A stretch of 14,446 nucleotides of DNA, from IMG/VR virus record IMGVR_UViG_3300013942_000056, positions 1 through 14,446 of that record; one strand, given 5' to 3'. This document shows, one piece after another, positions 8,076 through 14,446 of this stretch. The notes under the pieces were generated by a model. The model saw only the letters and a program-made list of their open reading frames with translations, was not told the origin of the DNA and made no database searches. The stretch comes from a virus (taxonomy: Duplodnaviria > Heunggongvirae > Uroviricota > Caudoviricetes). Each line of letters starts with the position of its first letter. Position 1 is the first letter of the stretch. The position numbers and the translations under genes were made by a program.

Positions 8076-8456
8076 CTAATTGCCGGATAAAATGGGGTGA
8101 GGTGCTTGCCAGTAGGCTCCACCGGTCCATGTGAACCCCATGCGAATAAGAGTGTTTATTGCGGCTTTGGTAGACTCCGATTCGACACTGGCTTTTCGAA
8201 ACTCTTGAACCTCTTTCGCCAACTTGTATGTAATTGTGCAGGGGACGATTGCAGCCCAGCCTTTCTCATGACTGTTAATGACCATCTGGATGTGACCATC
8301 CAGAATAGGTTGATTAGGCATGTTATTGAAAATGTCTGCCTGTTTTTGAATGTGAAGAAAAAGCCTTGCCAGCTCCATTTGCTCACTACGAGACAAGGGA
8401 TTATCAAGAGGGCTTTTTGCAAAAGCGGCTATACGCTGTGCGTCAATGCCAAACAT
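8076..8456 (-). CDS. Hypothetical protein (126 aa)
   Basis: ATG at 8456 overlaps the stop of the upstream gene (TGATG), indicating translational coupling; no family recognised. Confidence 0.55.
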   Translation of the reverse strand: MFGIDAQRIAAFAKSPLDNPLSRSEQMELARLFLHIQKQADIFNNMPNQPILDGHIQMVINSHEKGWAAIVPCTITYKLAKEVQEFRKASVESESTKAAINTLIRMGFTWTGGAYWQAPHPILSGN

Positions 8457-9160
8457 CAGCGCACCTCACCATCTTTATGGCTGGAGTTAACTTCCGCCAT
8501 TAAATGTCTGACGTAATCGACAAGAGAGCCACCTGGTGGAATCTGGCATTCCTCAACTAACTGGAAGTAGATATCCGCTGCATTACGTGTATTGCTACCC
8601 GCACATATTCTTTCTTCCCGAAGTGCATGAAGCTCGTTGATCAAACGGTCACACTCTCCGTTACGCTGATCCACAACGGCCTCAAGCTCTGCGACGCGTT
8701 CACCTGGCGTCTTACCTTCTTTGCGTTGGATGGTAACGACGAAATCGCCAATTGCAGGGACGTTGTAATCCAGCTCAAGGTAGTTTTTGGCACCGCTGCG
8801 GACGAACTCACCCGCGAACATGGTGGCGAACATCGCAGAGGCCACTTCGCCGTTGAAAAGTGACTCCAGATCTAACGGAGTCCCGGCATCAAGAGCCTCT
8901 TTTGCTGTATCCATTGCATCCATGAACCGATCAAACTCATTGGCGCGCTTTTCCAGGTTTTTCCATTGCTCGCTCCAACGTTTGGCAACGAAGTCTATGA
9001 ATGTTTTCGCGGATTCATCAAAATCCCCCTCAAACTTAACGATGCCTTTATCAATAATGATCTGGCCTACCGCATCCTCTGCATAACCTTTCAATGTAAA
9101 CTTGAAAGGAAAATCAGAATGGCCTGTGACGTTAAAATGCTCTAACTGGAGGTTGTTCAT
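8456..9160 (-). CDS. Hypothetical protein (234 aa)
   Basis: ATG at 9160 preceded by AGAGAAAAACAC, the same leader type found at two other genes in this block; no family recognised. Confidence 0.55.
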   Translation of the reverse strand: MNNLQLEHFNVTGHSDFPFKFTLKGYAEDAVGQIIIDKGIVKFEGDFDESAKTFIDFVAKRWSEQWKNLEKRANEFDRFMDAMDTAKEALDAGTPLDLESLFNGEVASAMFATMFAGEFVRSGAKNYLELDYNVPAIGDFVVTIQRKEGKTPGERVAELEAVVDQRNGECDRLINELHALREERICAGSNTRNAADIYFQLVEECQIPPGGSLVDYVRHLMAEVNSSHKDGEVR

Positions 9161-9203
9161 GTGTTTTTCTCTTATCGTTTAGTAACTACATTCTTACACA
9201 AAT

Positions 9204-9221
9204 TAGGTAAGTATTTACCTA
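9204..9221 (-). terminator. Weak AT-rich hairpin immediately after the MTase stop (possible attenuator)
   Basis: TAGGTAA (9204-9210), loop GTAT, TTACCTA (9215-9221), abutting the stop codon at 9222-9224. Confidence 0.3.
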
Positions 9222-10907
9222 TCATTTAACGCGTTTGAAAACGTATACGCTGACTGTGATCCCTGTGTCTTCAAACTCGTTGGTAAACGACTTCCCTCTG
9301 GCATAAACGTAATTATCCATCGTCATCCAGTCCAGTATTGGCGCAGTGCCCGGCAATACTGCTACAAGACGCCCGCCGACTTTCAGATGCCCCAGCGCAG
9401 CCAGCGTGTGCTCTCTATGACGACCAAGCGAGTACGGCGGGTTCATAACGATTTTGTCGAACTGATAACCTACGTTGTCCTCAGACCACTTTATGAAGTC
9501 GCAGCAAATCGTGTTCGTATACCCTTTTCCGCGCAGGATATCAGCGAAGAGAGGTGCGATTTCTATGCAGGTAACATCTTCCAGATCGGCGTTGATATAG
9601 GCCAGAAGATCCCCACGTCCGGCTTGAGGCTCCAGCAGCTTCTCACCAGACTTCAATTCAGTGGCTCTGGCAACGTACTCAGCAATCAAGCGTGGGGTAG
9701 GGTAGAACTGGTGTGATTTTGTATCCGGTATTAATCCGGTAGCCACAATCGTATTTAGCGTATGGCCGATCTCATACGGGAACTGCCAGTGCTTTTTCTC
9801 CTGCACGCCGCCAATGAAGCTCAGTGTGCGCTCAAGCTCTTCCACCTGCGACTTCTGGAGAGCTGAATCAGAGAAGTACCATACGCCTTTGTCTTTGCTT
9901 AATCGCCCGTCACGAAGCGCAGTGCGAACCGGCACGGAGATCGTCTTCTGGATTAACCCGAACTGCTTTGGTGCCCGTGTTTTTGGCGCGGTGCGACATG
10001 GCGCGGGGATTGCAGCAGGCATACTGTAAGCCAGCACCTCATTCAACTTCCAGGCCACGTCAGGATGTATTTCAAAGTGAACGTTGCCGTTCTTGAACAT
10101 CTTCACGCGCATTAGATTTCCATCGACGTTCATCCAGTCACCGGTCTGGCAGTCGTTTGCCCGATACGCAGCTGATAGCACCTCAGCAGTGCGGTTGATG
10201 GTAATAAATTCTTTGTGCGCGAAGAAATGAAGCAAGACACGCAGATCGTCGATATAGTCCTCTTTGCGATAGTTCACACTAACGCTGTCCCGCCAGAAAT
10301 CAGAAATGCAGTCAGCGATTATCAGACGTTCGCTGAAACCGTTTGTCTTATTTGTCTTGTGCGCAGGACTCAGCGCCTTAAACAAGCCATACACGCGCTC
10401 AGAGAGATATTTGTGCCTGTCATTCAGCAAATTAAGCATCGTGGGTATGACCGTTTCTGCTTTGAACTCCGGTACACCAACGAACTCTTTAACCTTCATC
10501 TGGTAGCCGGTTCTGTCAGTTTTGATGACTTCCTGTTTGCCCTCTATAAACTGCTCGCGCCACTCATCTCGACGGGAAGCTGGCATGATCAGCAAAACGT
10601 TAGTCATGTCCGTGACCTTCCTCCAGTACTCGGCCCAAATATTCTGTTTCACCCATTCCAGATCGACTTTATCCAACCAACCTCGATTTAAACGCGAGCG
10701 ATCTTCATCTGGTCGATGGTTTAGTCTCAGCAGGCGATTAATCATGTTGTGGCGTTCGTCGCCATAAACGAAGTCGTGTACCTGATACATGAAGGCGATC
10801 TCTTTCTCGCACTCGGCCACAATTTCGTGGATGACGTTCATTTCCTGCCGATAGTCGATAGCAGTGTTTGAGTTGGCATCGTCGATGATGGAAAGGGCTG
10901 TATTCAT
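9222..10907 (-). CDS. 561-aa protein: unknown ~400-aa N-terminal domain fused to a C-terminal gamma-type amino-methyltransferase domain (NPPY; probable N6-adenine DNA MTase)
   Basis: C-terminal region has the SAM-binding motif LEPQAGRGDLL followed about 50 aa later by KIVMNPPY, the order found in gamma-class N6-adenine MTases and HsdM; FYPTP precedes it. NPPY is also used by HemK/PrmC protein-glutamine MTases, so the target is inferred. Confidence 0.7.
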   Translation of the reverse strand: MNTALSIIDDANSNTAIDYRQEMNVIHEIVAECEKEIAFMYQVHDFVYGDERHNMINRLLRLNHRPDEDRSRLNRGWLDKVDLEWVKQNIWAEYWRKVTDMTNVLLIMPASRRDEWREQFIEGKQEVIKTDRTGYQMKVKEFVGVPEFKAETVIPTMLNLLNDRHKYLSERVYGLFKALSPAHKTNKTNGFSERLIIADCISDFWRDSVSVNYRKEDYIDDLRVLLHFFAHKEFITINRTAEVLSAAYRANDCQTGDWMNVDGNLMRVKMFKNGNVHFEIHPDVAWKLNEVLAYSMPAAIPAPCRTAPKTRAPKQFGLIQKTISVPVRTALRDGRLSKDKGVWYFSDSALQKSQVEELERTLSFIGGVQEKKHWQFPYEIGHTLNTIVATGLIPDTKSHQFYPTPRLIAEYVARATELKSGEKLLEPQAGRGDLLAYINADLEDVTCIEIAPLFADILRGKGYTNTICCDFIKWSEDNVGYQFDKIVMNPPYSLGRHREHTLAALGHLKVGGRLVAVLPGTAPILDWMTMDNYVYARGKSFTNEFEDTGITVSVYVFKRVK

Positions 10908-10947
10908 AATTGCACCATTAAGAAGTGATTTGTTTAATGGTGCAATT
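10908..10947 (-). promoter_or_regulatory. Perfect 14-bp inverted repeat over the MTase translation initiation region
   Basis: AATTGCACCATTAA (10908-10921), 12-nt spacer, TTAATGGTGCAATT (10934-10947); the left arm directly abuts the ATG at 10907, so the RBS lies inside the stem or operator. Confidence 0.55.
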
Positions 10948-11010
10948 ATTTCAAAAATGAAAAGGTACTAAATAGAAATAAACAGGCAATCCTTCAAATA
11001 AAGGCATTGG

Positions 11011-11625
11011 CTAATCATACTTGGAGGTATTTATCACCAGAATTTTGTTTGTATAAATCTTCTTAATATCCCATGTGACATTACCGGAATACCATTGACC
11101 GTTATATACTTGGTTTCCAGTTGCACCTGTCATTGTTACATAGACAGGTCTGTCGTAATCGGTTCGTCTATAGTTATATACCCCAACCATAGCAGGCATT
11201 ACCGCACATGGATACCCCATATCTATTGTAAATTGAGGGTCAGAAATAGTGATAAGTTTCGCATCAAGGGGCATCATCTCACCGTGATACACCATTGCGC
11301 CTGCGCTGTTATACATGGCAATGCCATAGCCAGAATGTGATAACACCATATCAGAAAAAGCATAAACTGTTATTGTTCCGGGGCTACCATTTACCTGATG
11401 CAATCTGAGAGCATTGTATCCGTTACTATGCTCATGAATAAACATCATGTTCGCCTTATTACTGCTTTTTATGAAGAAAAAGCATGATTTGTTTGATGGG
11501 ATTGATGTTTGAAAAACAGAACCTTTAGATGTAGACATTGTCCCTTTATTAATCAGATTTTGCGGAGTAAATTCTGGACTCATCCACAAACTTCCATCTG
11601 ATTGAGTAATTGACATCCCGAACAT
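11011..11625 (-). CDS. Hypothetical Tyr/Asn/Gly/Thr-rich protein (204 aa), AT-rich moron
   Basis: The ORF-track start at 11682 is TTG; the ATG at 11625 has GGGGA 6 nt upstream and lies 2 nt after the stop of the upstream 93-aa ORF; the region is visibly AT-rich relative to the flanks. Confidence 0.45.
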   Translation of the reverse strand: MFGMSITQSDGSLWMSPEFTPQNLINKGTMSTSKGSVFQTSIPSNKSCFFFIKSSNKANMMFIHEHSNGYNALRLHQVNGSPGTITVYAFSDMVLSHSGYGIAMYNSAGAMVYHGEMMPLDAKLITISDPQFTIDMGYPCAVMPAMVGVYNYRRTDYDRPVYVTMTGATGNQVYNGQWYSGNVTWDIKKIYTNKILVINTSKYD

Positions 11626-11627
11626 AA

Positions 11628-11909
11628 TTATCCCCAGTATGTGTATATGTAAGAACCAAGCCCCGTATATAAATTTGACCAACTAACCGTATTTCCATTA
11701 ATAGTAACTGTTGGAACAGGTAAATTAATGTAGTTGTCGTTGTTAAGAGGCATCAATGACCACACGGCATGTAGCGATTTACCCGGTGGCGGATTGGAGT
11801 ACGTCTTAGAGCCTGATGACGCAGTAAATCGATCAAGAAAAAAAATAGGAGTAAGGAAGCCAGTAACGTTAATTCCTTTATTGTTGTAAATCCCTGTACC
11901 GTATGCCAT
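11628..11909 (-). CDS. Hypothetical Tyr/Asn/Gly-rich protein (93 aa), AT-rich moron; possibly the N-terminal part of a frameshifted gene
   Basis: ATG at 11909 with AAGGA upstream; composition similar to the following ORF, which is in a different frame. Confidence 0.4.
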   Translation of the reverse strand: MAYGTGIYNNKGINVTGFLTPIFFLDRFTASSGSKTYSNPPPGKSLHAVWSLMPLNNDNYINLPVPTVTINGNTVSWSNLYTGLGSYIYTYWG

Positions 11910-11936
11910 TTTTCATCCTTGTTTTTTATCAACACA

Positions 11937-11960
11937 ATATGGCCGATCATGCGGCCATAT
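11937..11960 (-). terminator. Hairpin (8-bp stem) after the 189-aa gene; possible attenuator or operator
   Basis: ATATGGCC (11937-11944), loop GATCATGC, GGCCATAT (11953-11960), 4 nt after the stop codon at 11965-11967; the downstream flank is not T-rich. Confidence 0.35.
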
Positions 11961-11964
11961 CAGA

Positions 11965-12534
11965 TCAATTAGAGCTTTGAAAGGCTTTGTGTGGCTGTGT
12001 TGCGAGGTTATGTCGATGGCTTAACTCACGCATCATGTCTTCAAGCCGACTCTTTGTGTCGTCGAGTTGGTCGGCCATTGCTCCCAAAAGCTGACGAACG
12101 GCCATCGGATCATCGCTGTTTAGTGATGGCATTTTATAACCCGCCTGAGAAGACATAAGATTGAACGCAGACATCAACATCGTTAGAGAGGATTTAAGCC
12201 CAGCAATTTCACGATCTTTGCTGGCAATAATCGCCTCACTCTTGTTAGTGTCATCAGTTCGTTGAGTCTCGCTCACCATATCCAAAGTCGCCTGCAACTT
12301 ATCAGCGCGCTCTTTTTCAGCAAGATAATGAACACCGAAATGATGTGCTAAAGCTACAACCTGAGTTGGCTCTTCAAAGGTGGACTCAAAATTAAGTGCT
12401 GTAACCACTCTCTCAAATATGGAAACGTCTTCTATTCCTCGAAGAATGGCTAACATTTTGACCAGTTCATTAGCATCCATTTCTTCGAATAAGGCGTTTT
12501 GTTCATCAGCTATCGCTTTGCATTTCTTGCACAT
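11965..12534 (-). CDS. Hypothetical protein (189 aa)
   Basis: ATG at 12534 preceded by AGGAAAAACAC and the AGAAAACAACTTGTTT leader motif; no family recognised. Confidence 0.6.
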   Translation of the reverse strand: MCKKCKAIADEQNALFEEMDANELVKMLAILRGIEDVSIFERVVTALNFESTFEEPTQVVALAHHFGVHYLAEKERADKLQATLDMVSETQRTDDTNKSEAIIASKDREIAGLKSSLTMLMSAFNLMSSQAGYKMPSLNSDDPMAVRQLLGAMADQLDDTKSRLEDMMRELSHRHNLATQPHKAFQSSN

Positions 12535-12552
12535 GTGTTTTTCCTAATGCTT

Positions 12553-12568
12553 AAACAAGTTGTTTTCT
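12553..12568 (-). promoter_or_regulatory. Leader motif AGAAAACAACTTGTTT (palindromic core AAACAA-C-TTGTTT), copy 1
   Basis: Lies 18 nt upstream of the ATG at 12534; near-identical copy at 13281-13297 and partial copies at 7967-7976 and 13808-13822. Confidence 0.45.
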
Positions 12569-12649
12569 TATTGGCTTTATTGTGATGTGGCATAAAAGGG
12601 GAGCAAGCTAAACGTAAAGGTGCAAACTCTCTATTTCGGTCAACGAAAC

Positions 12650-12671
12650 ACAAGGGCCATTTGGCCCTTGT
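12650..12671 (-). terminator. Intrinsic terminator after the TerB / small membrane protein pair
   Basis: ACAAGGGCC (12650-12658), loop ATTT, GGCCCTTGT (12663-12671); 2 nt after the stop at 12674-12676; minus-strand downstream flank GTTTCGTTG. Confidence 0.55.
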
Positions 12672-12673
12672 CA

Positions 12674-12832
12674 TTAACACGTTGCTTTACGGACTAGCGG
12701 ATAAGCGAAGTAGATCGCCAGACCAATGAGGACGCCATCAGAAATGACAGACATCATCTTTCCCGTAAAATCCACCAACACCGCCATCACCAGAAGAGCA
12801 ATGACGGTCACAAGCCGGAATCTCTCAAGCAT
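12674..12832 (-). CDS. 52-aa two-helix membrane peptide translationally coupled to the TerB-like gene
   Basis: Minus-strand translation from the ATG at 12832 gives MLERFRLVTVIALLVMAVLVDFTGKMMSVISDGVLIGLAIYFAYPLVRKATC; the ATG overlaps the TerB-like stop (TAATG); two hydrophobic segments; terminator immediately downstream. Absent from the ORF track (below size cutoff). Confidence 0.5.
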   Translation of the reverse strand: MLERFRLVTVIALLVMAVLVDFTGKMMSVISDGVLIGLAIYFAYPLVRKATC

Positions 12833-13257
12833 TAGAGATAAGCATCCAGTGACAACTGAAGCGCCTGTGCGATCTTTTTCAGGGCCAGCTCTTCTTGTTC
12901 GCCAATACCGTCTTGGTCGGCAATATCAAGGCACAGACACAGTACATCTACTGCATCATTAGTCCCGGCCACATCAGCCAGCTCACGTAAAGCCTGGGCA
13001 TTAGCGCGGCGCGGTGAGGCTTCGTATTGAGCACGGATATTGGCGCTCATTTGGGCAATCTCACCAGCAAACGGAGAAAACGCAGGCAGAGCTGCAATTG
13101 TTTTCTCAAGAATGGAAATTTCCTTTGCGTCGCATGTGCCATCGGCATAGGAGATCATGTACGCGCCCCACACGGTGGCTTCAACCGCATCTCGGTTCTC
13201 CATTTTTTTGACCTCGATAACAGCTTTACGAGTTTTCTTTTTGAATAAACCTAACAT
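12832..13257 (-). CDS. TerB-like (tellurite-resistance TerB family) protein (141 aa)
   Basis: Two repeats of the TerB-like pattern: AYMISYADGTCDAKEISILEKTIAAL and LCLCLDIADQDGIGEQEELALKKIAQAL (compare TerB IAVASDGVSSEEK and IAVAKSDGNFDDDEKSAVREIALAL as recalled); AAGGAAAG RBS; leader motif upstream. Confidence 0.6.
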   Translation of the reverse strand: MLGLFKKKTRKAVIEVKKMENRDAVEATVWGAYMISYADGTCDAKEISILEKTIAALPAFSPFAGEIAQMSANIRAQYEASPRRANAQALRELADVAGTNDAVDVLCLCLDIADQDGIGEQEELALKKIAQALQLSLDAYL

Positions 13258-13280
13258 GTGCTTTCCTTTTGTTATTTGTT

Positions 13281-13297
13281 AAAACAAGTTGTTTTCT
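13281..13297 (-). promoter_or_regulatory. Leader motif AGAAAACAACTTGTTTT, copy 2, extended by further AACAA half-sites
   Basis: Minus strand reads CTAGAAAACAACTTGTTTTAACAAATAACAAAAGGAAAGCACATG: a 7-1-7 palindrome AAAACAA-C-TTGTTTT followed by two more AACAA repeats and the RBS. Confidence 0.45.
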
Positions 13298-13350
13298 AGT
13301 TACATGAATTGCTTACGAAAAGACGGTCAATGCATATGCACTAACAACCG

Positions 13351-13548
13351 TCAGAAATAACCAAGTACCGAACCGACTGGAAAAACAAAAATCCCAACAA
13401 CACGAGCCAAGGTCATACCAGCCTGAAACTGGAGATCACCAGAGCAAACGAGTTTTACAATGTTCGATACCCAACCGGCGGCCATGAGAGCTATGAAAGC
13501 CAGAATCGCCAGCCAAGTTTTTCCAAAGTGATTTGAAAACCAGTTCAT
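13351..13548 (-). CDS. Small membrane protein (65 aa, two hydrophobic segments)
   Basis: ATG at 13548 forms an ATGA overlap with the stop of the upstream signal-peptide gene; hydrophobic stretches WLAILAFIALMAAGWV and VVGIFVFPVGSVLGYF. Confidence 0.55.
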   Translation of the reverse strand: MNWFSNHFGKTWLAILAFIALMAAGWVSNIVKLVCSGDLQFQAGMTLARVVGIFVFPVGSVLGYF

Positions 13549-13796
13549 ACAACCGCCTTAGTCACAGCATGATCCTGAGTAACTGGATGAACTTGAGGTA
13601 TCGCATCCACCGTCATCCCATCCAGAGTGACAGGACGCTCTACTGGAGTGGTGGTAATTGTCGTCGACGGAGGTGTGGTGATGGATGAACCCGGCATCAA
13701 AAGGCTCTGGCCGGCTGGAACGGCTACCGTCGCCAGTGAAACTATAATGAGAACGTAGGCCATTGGTTTCAGCCTCTTTCTTTGAAAATTTTCCAT
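13545..13796 (-). CDS. Small Pro/Thr-rich protein with N-terminal signal-peptide-like or membrane-anchor segment (83 aa)
   Basis: MENFQRKRLKP (basic n-region) + MAYVLIIVSLATVAVPAG (hydrophobic core) + Pro/Thr-rich tail; AGGA 8 nt upstream of ATG; lies entirely inside the alternative frame of ORF 13558..14052. Confidence 0.5.
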   Translation of the reverse strand: MENFQRKRLKPMAYVLIIVSLATVAVPAGQSLLMPGSSITTPPSTTITTTPVERPVTLDGMTVDAIPQVHPVTQDHAVTKAVV

Positions 13797-14052
13797 TCGA
13801 ACTGTCCTTGTTGTTTTTCTCCTTCACTAAAGGCCGTGTACTTTTCGCTTCGCGTGAAGAACCAGAGGTAACAATCGCCCCCACGTTCGCAACAACTGAC
13901 GCTTGCTTATCTAAACGTTCATTCAGCAACCGAACGGCAGTCTCTAGTTCATCAAGACGTGACAGAACACGACCGCTAAATAATTCGGCCAAAATTTGAC
14001 GTAGTGAACGAGGACGTTTAGTTGCAGAAGTGAAATAGGTTTGACGTGCCAT
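13558..14052 (-). CDS. Hypothetical basic protein (start MARQTYF); true 3' end uncertain
   Basis: ATG at 14052 (the ORF-track start at 14100 is GTG inside the poly-C/G junction). First ~75 aa look protein-like (RVLSRLDELETAVRLLNERLDKQ); the remainder is Ser-rich low complexity and overlaps gene 13545..13796 in another frame. Confidence 0.35.
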   Translation of the reverse strand: MARQTYFTSATKRPRSLRQILAELFSGRVLSRLDELETAVRLLNERLDKQASVVANVGAIVTSGSSREAKSTRPLVKEKNNKDSSNGKFSKKEAETNGLRSHYSFTGDGSRSSRPEPFDAGFIHHHTSVDDNYHHSSRASCHSGWDDGGCDTSSSSSYSGSCCD

Positions 14053-14099
14053 GTGGACTCCATCCAGTGTCAGAAAGAGTTGCCCCCCGTGGCATTCCA

Positions 14100-14160
14100 C
14101 ACGCCCCCCCGGCCCCCCCCTCCCCGTTGAGGAGGGCCCAGTGGAGGGGAGCCGCCCCCC
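14100..14160. other. Poly-C/G low-complexity junction (probable chimeric assembly or sequencing artifact)
   Basis: CCCCCCC, CCCCCCCC and CCCCCC runs within 60 bp, coinciding with the end of the fmt homology and a clear rise in GC content to the right. Confidence 0.6.
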
Positions 14161-14446
14161 GGTATTTGGGCAGCAGGGACGAATGAACGTTGATGGAGCC
14201 GTAAGGTGGGGTGTTCAGAATGTCCTCCGGCAGGATGCGGCCATAGGCCGCCACCACGATCAGCTCCGGATGCAGCTCCCGCACCAGGGCCAGGGCCGTG
14301 CCGTCCCGCATTTTCGTGGGCTGATACACGGACAGCCCCTGGGCCAGGGCGTATTCCTTCACCGGTGAAAAGGCCAGCTTATGCCCCCGGTTTTTGGGGC
14401 GGTCCGGCTGGGTGAACACGCCGCAGATCTCGTGCCCGTCCTCCAC
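14120..14446 (-). CDS. fmt: Methionyl-tRNA formyltransferase fragment (residues ~25-135 only), GC-rich, non-enterobacterial codon usage
   Basis: Minus-strand translation [24 protein letters not shown] ... VVAAYGRILPEDIL ... INVHSSLLPKYRGAAPLHWALLNGE aligns with the Fmt N-terminal domain (E. coli [45 protein letters not shown]). Homology stops at the poly-G tract; the N-terminus lies beyond the window end. Confidence 0.75.

Noticed and set aside
11628-11682. Programmed ribosomal frameshift joining the 93-aa and 204-aa ORFs
   Set aside because: No slippery heptamer or homopolymer run was seen in the overlap, and the second ORF has its own ATG with a GGGGA RBS 2 nt after the first stop; two genes or a mutational frameshift are simpler explanations.
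13558-14100. ORF-track start at 14100 for the 180-aa ORF, and 142-aa ORF 14018..14446 as one intact gene
   Set aside because: The 14100 start is a GTG inside the poly-C/G junction with no RBS; the ATG at 14052 is preferred. The 14018..14120 part of the other ORF is junk translation of the junction; only 14120..14446 is Fmt-like.
1-14446. CRISPR arrays, tRNA or rRNA genes, IS elements or transposase genes
   Set aside because: No regularly spaced direct repeats, no tRNA-like TpsiC or acceptor sequences, and no transposase-like ORF or terminal inverted repeats were seen on either strand.

Overview
Enterobacterial chromosome (E. coli-like) running from the 5' end of metG (minus strand, 1..706) and divergent mrp/apbC (864..1964) into an integrase-less prophage-like block (about 2000..14100) encoded almost entirely on the minus strand. 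The block comprises: a LexA-regulated UmuD'-like (HumD-type) S24 peptidase; a ten-gene translationally coupled operon (3193..7956) headed by a SpoT-type HD-domain alarmone hydrolase and including a ClpX zinc-finger protein, Ead/Ea22-like and DUF551-like proteins; a three-gene unit headed by a 561-aa protein with a C-terminal NPPY amino-methyltransferase domain and a perfect 14-bp palindrome over its translation start; an AT-rich two-gene moron; and several small membrane-protein modules, one of them a TerB-like protein coupled to a 52-aa two-helix membrane peptide. A conserved AGAAAACAAC leader motif recurs in front of at least four minus-strand genes. The last ~330 bp are a GC-rich fragment of a non-enterobacterial fmt gene joined through poly-C/G tracts, most likely an assembly chimera. 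No tRNA, rRNA, CRISPR array or IS element was recognised. All calls are from reading the sequence and ORF track; no database search was run.
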